From the NCBI GenBank assembly GCA_031425655.1, contig JANPJS010000242.1:1-12430 (forward strand): a stretch of 12,430 nucleotides of DNA, given 5' to 3'. Below, piece after piece: positions 1-8,289 of the stretch (position 1 is its first letter; each line of letters begins with the position of its first letter). Source of the stretch: Abditibacteriaceae bacterium (lineage in GTDB: Bacteria; Armatimonadota; Abditibacteriia; Abditibacteriales; Abditibacteriaceae). The notes under the pieces were generated by a model. The model saw nothing but the letters and a program-made list of their open reading frames with translations. It was not told the DNA's origin and searched no databases. A program made the translations under genes and the position numbers.

Positions 1-143
1 TTTGCCGCTCCTGAAAACCCCCAACCCCCTTAGTAAGGGGGCCAAATTCAAACGCTACGGCACGATTCAAACTTGGCTTTGTGCGACAGCGTAATAAATT
101 CGCCCCCTTACCAAGGGGGTTGGGGGTTTTCACGAGCGGCAAA
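1..143. repeat. Long imperfect palindrome (REP/MITE-like), 42-bp arms, each with an internal CCCCCTT-N3-AAGGGGG hairpin
   Basis: 1-42 is the reverse complement of 102-143 at 40/42 positions, with weaker complementarity continuing inward. May extend beyond the left edge of the window. Confidence 0.9.
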
Positions 144-156
144 GCCGCTCTTCTTT
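134..156 (+). terminator. Possible rho-independent terminator
   Basis: GAGCGGC-AAA-GCCGCTC (134-150, perfect 7-bp stem) followed by TTCTTT. Overlaps the right end of the 1-143 palindrome. Confidence 0.45.
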
Positions 157-179
157 CACTAACTTAATGCCATTGGGCA

Positions 180-234
180 GACGCCCTCTTCCAAACGGGG
201 TGTCTTCAGCCTCGACTGTTTGGAAGAGGGGGTC
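180..234. repeat. Inverted repeat / stem-loop upstream of the SDR gene
   Basis: CCCTCTTCCAAAC (184-196) pairs perfectly with GTTTGGAAGAGGG (218-230) around a 21-nt loop, and extends by GAC/GTC after one mismatch. Confidence 0.75.
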
Positions 235-308
235 AGCCTCGCTTTTTCGTGATGCCCCACAAAGCACGAAAATTGGCCGCGTGTTAAAACAAGTGGCGGA
301 GAAAACCT

Positions 309-1076
309 ATGAGACTCAAAGACAAAGTCGCTCTCATTACCGGAGCCAGCAGCGGCATCGGCAAAGGCATCGCCGAACGCTTCGCACGGGAAGGCGCGCA
401 CGTTGCGATTAATTACCGGCTGCGCGGCGATAATCAAGAAAAGGCCGAAGCTATCGTCGCAGACCTTGCTACAACAGGCATGGCCATCGCCGCCGATGTC
501 AGCCAACGCGCTGATGTCGAACGCATGATTGCCGAAGTCGTAGCCAAATTCGGGCGCCTCGATATTGTCGTCAATAACGCCGGCATCGAAATTAAAAAGC
601 CGTTTCTCGAAGTCGGCGACGATGAATGGAATAAAGTTATCGCCGTCAATCTTTATGGCTCGTTCGTAGTGGCGCAGGCCGGCGCGCGGCAAATGGTGAA
701 ACAGGGGCAGGGCGGCAAGCTGATTTTTATTTCGTCCACCCACGAGGACATTCCCTTTCCCGAATATACGGCTTATTGCGCCTCGAAAGGCGGCATTCGC
801 ATGATGATGCGCAACTTGTCAATGGAACTGGCGCCGCACAAAATCAACTGTAATAACATCGCGCCGGGCGCCATCGCCACGCCGATGAACCAATCGGTTT
901 TGGACGATCCGCAGGCCAGCAAAAACGCGATTTCTGAAATTCCGTGGGGCCGTTTCGGCACGCCCGATGAAGTCGCGTCGGTCGCCGTCTTTTTAGCCGG
1001 AGCCGACAGCGAATACGTGACCGGCAGCACTTATTACGTGGACGGTGGCCTCACGCAGCAAGTCACGCTGTATTGA
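309..1076 (+). CDS. Short-chain dehydrogenase/reductase, glucose 1-dehydrogenase-like
   Basis: 255 aa with TGASSGIG Rossmann motif, NNAG, catalytic YCASK, ISSTHEDIPFP and NIAPGAIATPMN typical of Gdh-type SDRs. GGAGA RBS at about 298-302. Confidence 0.88.
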   Translation: MRLKDKVALITGASSGIGKGIAERFAREGAHVAINYRLRGDNQEKAEAIVADLATTGMAIAADVSQRADVERMIAEVVAKFGRLDIVVNNAGIEIKKPFLEVGDDEWNKVIAVNLYGSFVVAQAGARQMVKQGQGGKLIFISSTHEDIPFPEYTAYCASKGGIRMMMRNLSMELAPHKINCNNIAPGAIATPMNQSVLDDPQASKNAISEIPWGRFGTPDEVASVAVFLAGADSEYVTGSTYYVDGGLTQQVTLY

Positions 1077-1081
1077 TTTCG

Positions 1082-1210
1082 ATTCACCACAAAGACACAA
1101 AGAATTCACAAAGATTTTTGAAATATTTCGTGAGTGGACGCCAATTTTTTTTCCCTTTTGTGAATTCTTTGTGTCTTCGTGTCGGGTGCCCTCTGGGCAG
1201 GATGGTGAAT
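1082..1210. repeat. Intergenic palindrome, family A (TTCACCACAAAGACAC...), right arm interrupted by a 23-nt insertion
   Basis: Left arm 1082-1112 pairs with 1157-1180 (1 mismatch) plus GGTGAAT 1204-1210. 1181-1203 has no partner. Related to 3902-4009. Confidence 0.9.
1182..1203 (-). repeat. Mini-hairpin insertion motif, copy 1 (ATCCTGCCCAGAGGGCACCCGA on - strand)
   Basis: Near-identical to 4625-4645 and 8063-8084. Absent from the partner arm and from the related palindrome at 3902-4009. Confidence 0.85.
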
Positions 1211-1222
1211 GACTGAAAAACT

Positions 1223-3901
1223 ATGAACCACGAAGAGCAACGCTTAAAAGCGGCGCGCGAAGACGGCGCGCCGTGGAAACAATGGGGGCCGTATCTCAGC
1301 GAGCGCGCGTGGGGCACGGTGCGTGAAGATTACAGCGCCGACGGCGCAGCGTGGACGTATTTTCCGCACGACCACGCACGTTCGCGCGCTTATCGCTGGA
1401 ACGAAGACGGCATAGCCGGTTTTTGCGACGACAATCAATATCTGTGCTTTGCTTTGGCGCTGTGGAACGGGCAGGACGCTATTCTCAAAGAGCGTTTTTT
1501 CGGCCTAACCGGAGTGGAAGGCAATCACGGCGAAGACATCAAAGAGTATTCCTATTTCCTCGACAGCACGCCGACGCACTCGTATTGCAAGTGCCTTTAT
1601 AAATATCCGCAGCGCGCTTTTCCTTACGGCCAACTGGTCGAAGAAAACGGGAGGAGGGGCAAAAACGATCCCGAATTCGAGTTGCTCGACACCGGAATTT
1701 TTGCCGAGAATCGCTATTTCGATGTCTTCGTGGAATATGCCAAAGCCGCGCCGCGCGACACTTTAATTCTCATCACCATTGTCAATCGCGGGCCGGAATC
1801 GGCGACTTTGCATTTGCTGCCGACACTGTGGTTTCGCAATAACTGGAGTTGGGACGGAATTCGCGCCAAGCCGCGTTTATCCGTGCCTGAACCTGACCCG
1901 ACAGCCGAAGCCCTGCATCGCGCGGTCATTGAGGCCAAACACAAAAACATCGGCACTTACTGGCTGCTTTGCCACGGCGAGGACGGCGTGCCCGAACTGC
2001 TCTTTACCGAAAACGAAACCAACACCCAACGTGTATTCGGCACCGCCAACGCCTCGCCTTTCGTCAAAGACGGCATCAACGATTGCGTCGTGAACAATCG
2101 CCGCGAGGCCGTTAATCCGGCGCAGGAAGGCACCAAAGCGGCGGCGCATTACGAGCTTGAATTGGCGCCCGGCGAAACGCGGACGGTGCGTTTGCGCCTG
2201 CTCGACGATATGCCGCAAACCAATGTGTTTGGCGCGCCTTTCGAGGCCATTTTCGCGCGCCGACGCGCCGAAGCCGACCAGTTTTATGCGAGCATCGCGC
2301 CCGAAGGCTTATCCGACGACGCGCGCTTGGTGCAGCGTCAGGCGTTGGCCGGGCTTTTGTGGAGCAAGCAGTTTTTTCAGTTCGATGTAGAGAAATGGCT
2401 GGCCGGCGACAAAGCCCAGCCGCAGCCGCCAAACCAACGCTGGCACGGTCGCAACCACGATTGGAAGCATTTCAACAGCCGCGATATTGTTTCGATGCCC
2501 GATACGTGGGAATATCCGTGGTTCGCGGCATGGGATTTGGCTTTTCATGCCATTCCTCTTGCTCTGGTAGACAGCGATTTCGCTAAAGATCAGCTTATTT
2601 TGCTGCTGCGCGAATGGTTCATGCACCCCAATGGGCAACTGCCGGCTTATGAATGGGAATTTGGCGACGTAAATCCGCCGGTTCATGCCTGGGCCGCGCT
2701 GCGTGTTTTTCGCATCGAAAAGCGCCAGCGCGGACAGGGCGACTATAAATTCTTAGAACGCGTTTTTCATAAATTGCTGCTGAATTTTACATGGTGGGTC
2801 AACCGAAAAGACGCCAAAGGCCACAACATTTTTCAAGGCGGCTTTTTGGGTTTGGACAACATCGGCCCATTCGACCGCAGCAAGCCGCTTGCCGATGGCG
2901 CGCAGTTAGATCAATCGGACGGCACCAGTTGGATGGCGATGTATTGCCTCAATTTGCTGGCAATGGCTTTGGAATTAGCCGCGCATAACGACACTTACGA
3001 AGATGTGGCCACCAAGTTTTTGGAGCATTTTTTCTACATCGCGCACGCCATGAACGACCGCGTTGCCGCCGGCAGCGACGACGGCGCCGATTTATGGGAT
3101 AACGAAGACGGTTTCTACTACGACGTTTTGCATCACTTTGACGGGCGGCGCGAATTTCTGAAAGTGCGCTCAATGGTCGGTCTGATTCCTCTTTTGGCTG
3201 TTGAAACACTCGATGCGGAGCTTCTGGAACGCTTGCCGGGTTTCCGTGAGCGTTTGGAATGGTTTCTCAAACATCATGCGAAAATCAGCGGAAACGCCGC
3301 CTCACTCACACGCACCGGGATGGCGGAGCGTCGCCTTTTTTCGGTTGTCAACGAAGAACGCCTGCGCTTGATTTTGCAGCGCGCTTTGGATGAAAACGAG
3401 TTTCTGTCGCCGTTCGGCTTGCGTTCGATGTCGCGCTTTCACTGCGAGCATCCGTATCGCTTGACTTTGGGCGGCCAAGCCTATGAAGTCAATTACCAAC
3501 CTGCCGAATCGCAAACCTCGCTCTTCGGCGGCAATTCCAATTGGCGCGGGCCGGTTTGGTTTCCTCTCAATTACCTTATTATTGAGGCGCTGCAAAAATT
3601 CGATCATTACTACGGCGCCGATTTCAAAATCGAATGTCCGACGGGCAGCGGGAATTGGATGACGTTGTGGGACGTTTCCACCGAATTATCGCAGCGCTTG
3701 ATTCGCTTGTTTACCAACGATGAACAAGGCCGTCGCGCAATTTTCGGCGGCGTTGAAACCTTGCAAAGCGACCCGAACTGGCACGATTACATTCCGTTTC
3801 ACGAGTATTTTCACGGCGACAACGGCGCCGGACTTGGCGCCTCGCACCAGACCGGCTGGACAGCGCTTGTCGCTAAATTGATTCAGCAAAGCGGCTTGTA
3901 A
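1223..3901 (+). CDS. GH63-like / MGH1-like glucosidase (six-hairpin glycoside hydrolase)
   Basis: 892 aa with family motifs [60 protein letters not shown] and [20 protein letters not shown]. Confidence 0.88.
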   Translation: MNHEEQRLKAAREDGAPWKQWGPYLSERAWGTVREDYSADGAAWTYFPHDHARSRAYRWNEDGIAGFCDDNQYLCFALALWNGQDAILKERFFGLTGVEGNHGEDIKEYSYFLDSTPTHSYCKCLYKYPQRAFPYGQLVEENGRRGKNDPEFELLDTGIFAENRYFDVFVEYAKAAPRDTLILITIVNRGPESATLHLLPTLWFRNNWSWDGIRAKPRLSVPEPDPTAEALHRAVIEAKHKNIGTYWLLCHGEDGVPELLFTENETNTQRVFGTANASPFVKDGINDCVVNNRREAVNPAQEGTKAAAHYELELAPGETRTVRLRLLDDMPQTNVFGAPFEAIFARRRAEADQFYASIAPEGLSDDARLVQRQALAGLLWSKQFFQFDVEKWLAGDKAQPQPPNQRWHGRNHDWKHFNSRDIVSMPDTWEYPWFAAWDLAFHAIPLALVDSDFAKDQLILLLREWFMHPNGQLPAYEWEFGDVNPPVHAWAALRVFRIEKRQRGQGDYKFLERVFHKLLLNFTWWVNRKDAKGHNIFQGGFLGLDNIGPFDRSKPLADGAQLDQSDGTSWMAMYCLNLLAMALELAAHNDTYEDVATKFLEHFFYIAHAMNDRVAAGSDDGADLWDNEDGFYYDVLHHFDGRREFLKVRSMVGLIPLLAVETLDAELLERLPGFRERLEWFLKHHAKISGNAASLTRTGMAERRLFSVVNEERLRLILQRALDENEFLSPFGLRSMSRFHCEHPYRLTLGGQAYEVNYQPAESQTSLFGGNSNWRGPVWFPLNYLIIEALQKFDHYYGADFKIECPTGSGNWMTLWDVSTELSQRLIRLFTNDEQGRRAIFGGVETLQSDPNWHDYIPFHEYFHGDNGAGLGASHQTGWTALVAKLIQQSGL

Positions 3902-4009
3902 TTTTCACCACAAAGACACGAAGGCACAAAGAGTTTTTAAGGTTTTCAAAGCATAATGCTTAGAATTTCCTCTTATCTTCTTTGTGCCTTCGTGTCTTTG
4001 TGGTGAAAA
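3902..4009. repeat. Intergenic palindrome, family A, uninterrupted, between convergent genes (may also terminate transcription)
   Basis: Perfect 31-bp inverted repeat: TTTTCACCACAAAGACACGAAGGCACAAAGA (3902-3932) and 3979-4009, with a 46-nt AT-rich spacer. Confidence 0.95.
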
Positions 4010-4012
4010 AAA

Positions 4013-4564
4013 TCACCGTGCGTAGAGGCCGCATGGCGCCCAGCACGCGGCGGGCGCGCCGGTCATGGTGCCTTCCGGCAAAGTCAGCGCGATAACTTCG
4101 CCGTTGACGCGCAAACTCGCGCTTTGTGCGCTGGCTTCCAATCCCTGCTGCGCGAAGGGAAGCGGCCCCGGCGCGCGATTGACTTGTTCCAAATCGCCGA
4201 TTTGGGCCATGTGCGACTCGAAAACCATGTCGCCAATTGTCACGCGGGCGCCGACGGCGTGCGGCAACTCCGTCCAGACTTCGATTTTTGCGTCCAGAGC
4301 CGGCGCGTTTTCAAACGGCGTGCCCGCGAAAATATGCGGCCCGAAATAAGCGCCGACTTCGGGGTTTTCGGACACAAAACCGGCTAAAACCGGCGGCGCG
4401 GAAGAATCCGGCTGCCACAAAATCATGCCCGAAGGCGCCGAGCCAACCGGCGTATGCACCATGCGCGCGATGTGCAAAATCAAGTTCGGCGCTTCGCCGC
4501 CCGCCTGCGTGAGGCCAACTAAATCTACGCCGCCTTCCCAGGCCATCCAATTTTCAATTGCCAT
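4013..4564 (-). CDS. Hypothetical protein (183 aa)
   Basis: ATG start with GAGGAG RBS (complement of 4571-4576). Fills the space between two palindromes and has protein-like composition. Family not recognised. Confidence 0.8.
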   Translation of the reverse strand: MAIENWMAWEGGVDLVGLTQAGGEAPNLILHIARMVHTPVGSAPSGMILWQPDSSAPPVLAGFVSENPEVGAYFGPHIFAGTPFENAPALDAKIEVWTELPHAVGARVTIGDMVFESHMAQIGDLEQVNRAPGPLPFAQQGLEASAQSASLRVNGEVIALTLPEGTMTGAPAACWAPCGLYAR

Positions 4565-4610
4565 TGTAATCTCCTCGAATCCTGCTTTGAGCGCTTAAAC
4601 AAACGAGATT

Positions 4611-4713
4611 TTAACCACAGATCAATCCGCCCAGAGGGCACCCGATAGACACGGATTTTGGTTTTTTGATTCTGCCTTGTCATCTGTGTTTATCCGTGTT
4701 TATCAGTGGTTAA
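4611..4713. repeat. Intergenic palindrome, family B (TTAACCACAGAT...ACACGGAT), left arm interrupted by a 24-nt insertion
   Basis: Right arm has three tandem 10-mers ATCTGTGTTT ATCCGTGTTT ATCAGTGGTT (4682-4711). The left arm TTAACCACAGAT|AGACACGGAT matches it once 4623-4646 is removed. Confidence 0.85.
4625..4645 (+). repeat. Mini-hairpin insertion motif, copy 2 (ATCCGCCCAGAGGGCACCCGA)
   Basis: Differs from copy 1 by one deleted T. Absent from the partner arm. Confidence 0.85.
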
Positions 4714-4732
4714 TTTGGTTAAAAACTTTTAA

Positions 4733-5605
4733 TCAACCTTTCATCCCCGTTGTGGCGATGCCTTGAATGAAGCTCTTCTGCGCCAAAAAGAACAAAATGA
4801 TAATCGGCATGATGACTAAGAGCGAGGCCGCCATCAGCAGATTCCATTGTGTGCCGCCGTGCTGCGATTGAAAGGTTTGTAGGCCAAGCGCGAGCGTGTA
4901 TTGGCCGGGATGCTGAATATAAACCAGCGGCCCCAGAAAGTCGTTCCACGCGCCCATGAAAGTGAAAAGCGCCACTACAACCAAAGCCGAGCGCGACAAA
5001 GGCAAAATAATGTGCCGAAAAATGCCCCATTCCGAACAGCCGTCAACCGTTGCAGCTTCGGATAATTCGTCGGGGATGGTCATGAAGAATTGGCGCAGCA
5101 AAAAGATATTGAACGCCGAGCCAAACCACGCCGGCAGCCAAAGCGGTCGGAGCGTGCCGAGAAATTGCAGCGGCGTATTATCGCCCATCCAGCGAAAAAT
5201 CGTGAACAGCGATACCATCACGACCGGAAAGGGAATCATCATCGTGGCCAGCATCACGCCGAAAAGCAGGCCGCGCCCTTTGAAATCAATCTTGGCGAAG
5301 CCGTAAGCCACAATCGCGCTTGAAATCGTGGTGCCCAGCACGGTTAACAGCGCGACCATCAGCGTATTGTGGGCCAGCAGAGGAAAGTCGAGCTTCTTGT
5401 TTTCCAAAACCGCCGAATAGTTTTCCGGCACCATAGGACTCGGCCACCATTCCGGCGGCATGGTCATGGCATTTTCGAGCGTTTTCAGGCTTGTCGAAAG
5501 CATCCACACGAAGGGCAAAATAAAGCCGACACAGATGAGCAGCAGCGCGAGAGTGGCAGTCCATTTTTCGGCGCGTGAACGGCGAGAAAGAGAAGTTTTA
5601 GTCAT
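4733..5605 (-). CDS. Carbohydrate ABC transporter permease (MalG/CUT1 type)
   Basis: 290 aa with multiple hydrophobic helices, EAA loop LRQFFMTIPDELSEAATVDG, WNDFLGPL and C-terminal FIQGIATTGMKG. Confidence 0.95.
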   Translation of the reverse strand: MTKTSLSRRSRAEKWTATLALLLICVGFILPFVWMLSTSLKTLENAMTMPPEWWPSPMVPENYSAVLENKKLDFPLLAHNTLMVALLTVLGTTISSAIVAYGFAKIDFKGRGLLFGVMLATMMIPFPVVMVSLFTIFRWMGDNTPLQFLGTLRPLWLPAWFGSAFNIFLLRQFFMTIPDELSEAATVDGCSEWGIFRHIILPLSRSALVVVALFTFMGAWNDFLGPLVYIQHPGQYTLALGLQTFQSQHGGTQWNLLMAASLLVIMPIIILFFLAQKSFIQGIATTGMKG

Positions 5606-5606
5606 A

Positions 5607-6548
5607 TTACTTTCCCTGATAATGCACCCAGCGTTTGCTCGACCAGAACGCGAACGCGGTCAGCGCCAAAATGATGAGCAGTTGAATCCACGCCATCGCG
5701 CTGGCGTAGCCCATTTTCAAATAGCGAAAAGCGTTGTCGTAGAGATACATCGTGAAAAAGTAGGTCGCGCGGGCCGGATTGCCCTGCGTCATGATGTAGG
5801 GCACGGCGAACACTTGCAGCGTGCCGATAATGCCCATAATCAGATTGAAGAAAATCACCGGCGAAAGCATCGGGAGGGTGACGTGTCTCATGCGCGTCCA
5901 CGCGCCGGCGCCGTCTATTTCGGCGCTTTCCAGCAGTTCGCCGGGCACATCCTGCAATCCGGCCAGATAAATCACGACGGTGTGGCCCACGCCCCACAAG
6001 CTCATCAGCGCCAAAGCCGGCATGGCGTAAAGCGGGTCGGTGAGCCAACCAATCGGCGTGGCGATTTGCGGCAAATGCAAAATTCCCAGCACGAAGTTCA
6101 AGGCCGAGATCATCCAACTAAACGGCGCTTGATCCAATAAATTGTTGATTAAACCGAGCTTGGCGTTGAACAGCCACAGCCAGAGCATCGCCGAAGCGAC
6201 GGTGGGCACCAGTGACGGCAAAAAGATAATAGTGCGATAAGCGGCTTGTCCGGGCACTTTTTGATTGAGCAGCATCGCCAATCCCAGCGAGACCATCAAG
6301 CCCGCAGGCAGCGCCATCAGCGCATAAATCAGCGTGTTTTTCAGCGACTTGAGGAAAATCGGGTCGGCGGCGAGTTGGCGATAATTTTCAGTTCCGATGT
6401 AAGCCGGGCTTTGCAGCAGCGAGTAATCGCAAAAGCTGTAATACAGCGACAGCGCGACCGGCAAGAGCGTAAAAACCAAAAATCCGATGAGCCAGGGCGA
6501 GAGAAACGCCAAGCCTTTGCCCAGTTGTTGAGATTCTTTGCGTGTCAT
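5607..6548 (-). CDS. Carbohydrate ABC transporter permease (MalF/CUT1 type)
   Basis: 313 aa with FLSPWLIGF, EAA loop YLAGLQDVPGELLESAEIDGA and MGYASAMAW. Start overlaps the stop of the upstream gene (ATGA). Confidence 0.95.
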   Translation of the reverse strand: MTRKESQQLGKGLAFLSPWLIGFLVFTLLPVALSLYYSFCDYSLLQSPAYIGTENYRQLAADPIFLKSLKNTLIYALMALPAGLMVSLGLAMLLNQKVPGQAAYRTIIFLPSLVPTVASAMLWLWLFNAKLGLINNLLDQAPFSWMISALNFVLGILHLPQIATPIGWLTDPLYAMPALALMSLWGVGHTVVIYLAGLQDVPGELLESAEIDGAGAWTRMRHVTLPMLSPVIFFNLIMGIIGTLQVFAVPYIMTQGNPARATYFFTMYLYDNAFRYLKMGYASAMAWIQLLIILALTAFAFWSSKRWVHYQGK

Positions 6549-7999
6549 GCGCCACCTCCGTTAGCTGCGTTCTGCGAGTTGCGCGCACGCTGGCGAGCGC
6601 GATAATCGTCCCATTTCAGTTGCAATCGCGCCTGCGCTTCATCGAGTGCTTGTTTGGGTTCGGCTTCCAGCAAGTAAACGCGCTGCGCGACCACGCCCAG
6701 TTCTTCGCTGACTTCGGGCCAAATCGGAATTTTCGGCACACCGTGCGCGTGCGGACTGGCGGCTAATTTTTCAAACACGTCAATATACGGATTCGGATGC
6801 TCGTTGATGAACTTCGTGCTGACTTTCGCTAACGGCGAGTTTTTGCAGTGCAGCGAATTCAGCTTTTCCATCACGTCCTGGCGATTAACGTAAGCGATGA
6901 ATTCGAACGCTTCTTTTTTGTGTTTCGAGCCGCGTGGAATCGTGAGCGTATCGAAACCGGCATAAGTGGCATTTTCCAAATTCGCAACAGCGGAGGGAAA
7001 CGGTGCGGCACCCCATTGATAATTGGCTTGGCGCGCCTCATAAGGCAGCTTGCGCTCCTGCTCTTTCGACATTTTCCAGCGGTTCATGCTGGGTTTGAGG
7101 TCTTCGATATAATTCGCCATCCAGGGGCCTTGCTGTTCCATCGCAACGGTGCCCACTAAAAACGGGTTTTGCGCCGAGGCGAACGAACCAAAGCCGCTGC
7201 GAAATTCGGTCATGGAATCTTTGCCGAGCTTTTTGGAATAACTTTGAATCCACTTGTAGGCTTCGATCATTTTCGGGCTGTTGATGGTCAGTTTTTGCGT
7301 TTTTTCATCGAAAAGCCGTCCGCCAAACCAGTAAACGGTGTATTGCATAAACCAACCCGGCTCCATCGGCAGATAGCCGGAGATTTTAACTTGTTTGCGC
7401 CCTCTGACCGTTTCGTATTCGTCCAGCACTTTGGCGTAACGGTCAAGCTCATCAAGCGTGCGCGGCGCGCGATTGGCGTCCAGTCCCGCCGCGCGCAGTT
7501 CCTTCGCTTTTTCCACAAACAACGCCTTGTTGTAATGCAGCGCCGCAGCCGCCGGAGTGCTGATCAAGGCCCATAAACGGCCTTTGTAGCGGCAGGCGTC
7601 CCAATAAACCGGCTTGTAATAGCCTTCCCGAATGCCATGCGCTTTCGCCAGTTCGTCCAGCGGTTCGAGCGCGTTGATGGAAGCGAACTGCGTTACTTGC
7701 GGATCCCAAAGCCCGGCGATGTCGGGCGGCACACCGGCAGCGGTAGCAACTAAAGTTTTCTGATCCACGCTGCTCATCGAAAGATATTGGACGTAGATGC
7801 CTTTTTCTTTGCCGACCGTGTTGTTGAAATCGTCCACGATCTGCCCCATTTGCTCGGCTTCGTTGCCCGTCCACTTTTCCCAGTAATTGACGACAACGCG
7901 CCCTTCGTGCGAACCTTGTTCGCGCCGCCCGCCAAAAATCAGGAAAAAGACGGCCAAAACCGCTAAAATGGCCGAAAAGCCTTGTTTCAGAATTTGCAT
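6545..7999 (-). CDS. Carbohydrate ABC transporter substrate-binding protein (family 1)
   Basis: 484 aa with an N-terminal hydrophobic segment, AGVPPDIA, LHYNKALF, APRTLDEL and FLVGTVAMEQQGPW. Directly upstream of two CUT1 permeases. Confidence 0.92.
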   Translation of the reverse strand: MQILKQGFSAILAVLAVFFLIFGGRREQGSHEGRVVVNYWEKWTGNEAEQMGQIVDDFNNTVGKEKGIYVQYLSMSSVDQKTLVATAAGVPPDIAGLWDPQVTQFASINALEPLDELAKAHGIREGYYKPVYWDACRYKGRLWALISTPAAAALHYNKALFVEKAKELRAAGLDANRAPRTLDELDRYAKVLDEYETVRGRKQVKISGYLPMEPGWFMQYTVYWFGGRLFDEKTQKLTINSPKMIEAYKWIQSYSKKLGKDSMTEFRSGFGSFASAQNPFLVGTVAMEQQGPWMANYIEDLKPSMNRWKMSKEQERKLPYEARQANYQWGAAPFPSAVANLENATYAGFDTLTIPRGSKHKKEAFEFIAYVNRQDVMEKLNSLHCKNSPLAKVSTKFINEHPNPYIDVFEKLAASPHAHGVPKIPIWPEVSEELGVVAQRVYLLEAEPKQALDEAQARLQLKWDDYRARQRARNSQNAANGGGA

Positions 8000-8033
8000 T
8001 GCGCTTTTATCTTACTTTGCTTGAACATCTATG

Positions 8034-8172
8034 GCTTTTAATAGAACACGGCGGCTTCGCCGATCCTGCCCAGAGGGCGCCCGAAACGACACGGATTAAC
8101 ACGGTTTTTATTTGATCTGTGGAAATCTGCGCCGTTTCCGTGTCGGCGAAGCCGCCGTGTTCTATTAAAAGC
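8034..8172. repeat. Intergenic palindrome, family C (TTTTAATRGAACACGG-hairpin-ACACGG), left arm interrupted
   Basis: Perfect 30-bp inverted repeat 8034-8063 / 8143-8172 with imperfect pairing inward. Related to 12347-12430. Confidence 0.93.
8063..8084 (+). repeat. Mini-hairpin insertion motif, copy 3 (ATCCTGCCCAGAGGGCGCCCGA)
   Basis: 21/22 identical to copy 1. Replaces CACG, which is present in the partner arm and in the 12347 relative. Confidence 0.85.
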
Positions 8173-8175
8173 ACA

Positions 8176-8246
8176 TCACTTTGCCCAATCCGGCGCGTTC
8201 TTCAAGCGATAAAGCATTTCGCCGGCTTTGGCGATGTAAAGGATGC
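8176..8246 (-). pseudogene. Remnant 3' end of the larA-like gene (diverged direct repeat of 10130-10200)
   Basis: 62/71 nt identical to 10130-10200. Encodes ILYIAKAGEMLYRLKNAPDWAK* versus ILYVAKAGEMLYRLKDAPEWAR* in the intact gene. Confidence 0.9.
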
Positions 8247-8289
8247 TTTGCACTTTCATCTTGCCCCTTGATGAGGAGCGCTTTGGAAA

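Noticed and set aside
159..743. 194-aa minus-strand ORF and other overlapping ORFs in the track (e.g. 5460-6140, 7169-7576, 11417-11776)
   Set aside because: Antisense or alternative-frame shadows of well-supported genes, common in GC-rich DNA and especially opposite SDR genes. No recognisable motifs.
1084..1317. 77-aa minus-strand ORF
   Set aside because: Runs through the family A palindrome and antisense to the glucosidase start. Its HKEFTK-like content simply translates the repeat.
3902..4713. Palindromes as integron attC sites
   Set aside because: Ends lack the RYYYAAC...GTTRRRY pattern, arms are long and near-perfect without the typical extrahelical bases, and neighbouring genes are ordinary metabolic genes in both orientations.
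8000..8030. Sigma70 promoter for the ABC operon (TAAGAT 9 nt before the ATG on the - strand)
   Set aside because: Only a -10-like hexamer in an AT-rich patch, with no supportable -35.
1182..8084. Repeated 21-22-mer or palindromes as a CRISPR array
   Set aside because: Copies are kilobases apart, in both orientations, with no regular spacers and no cas genes.
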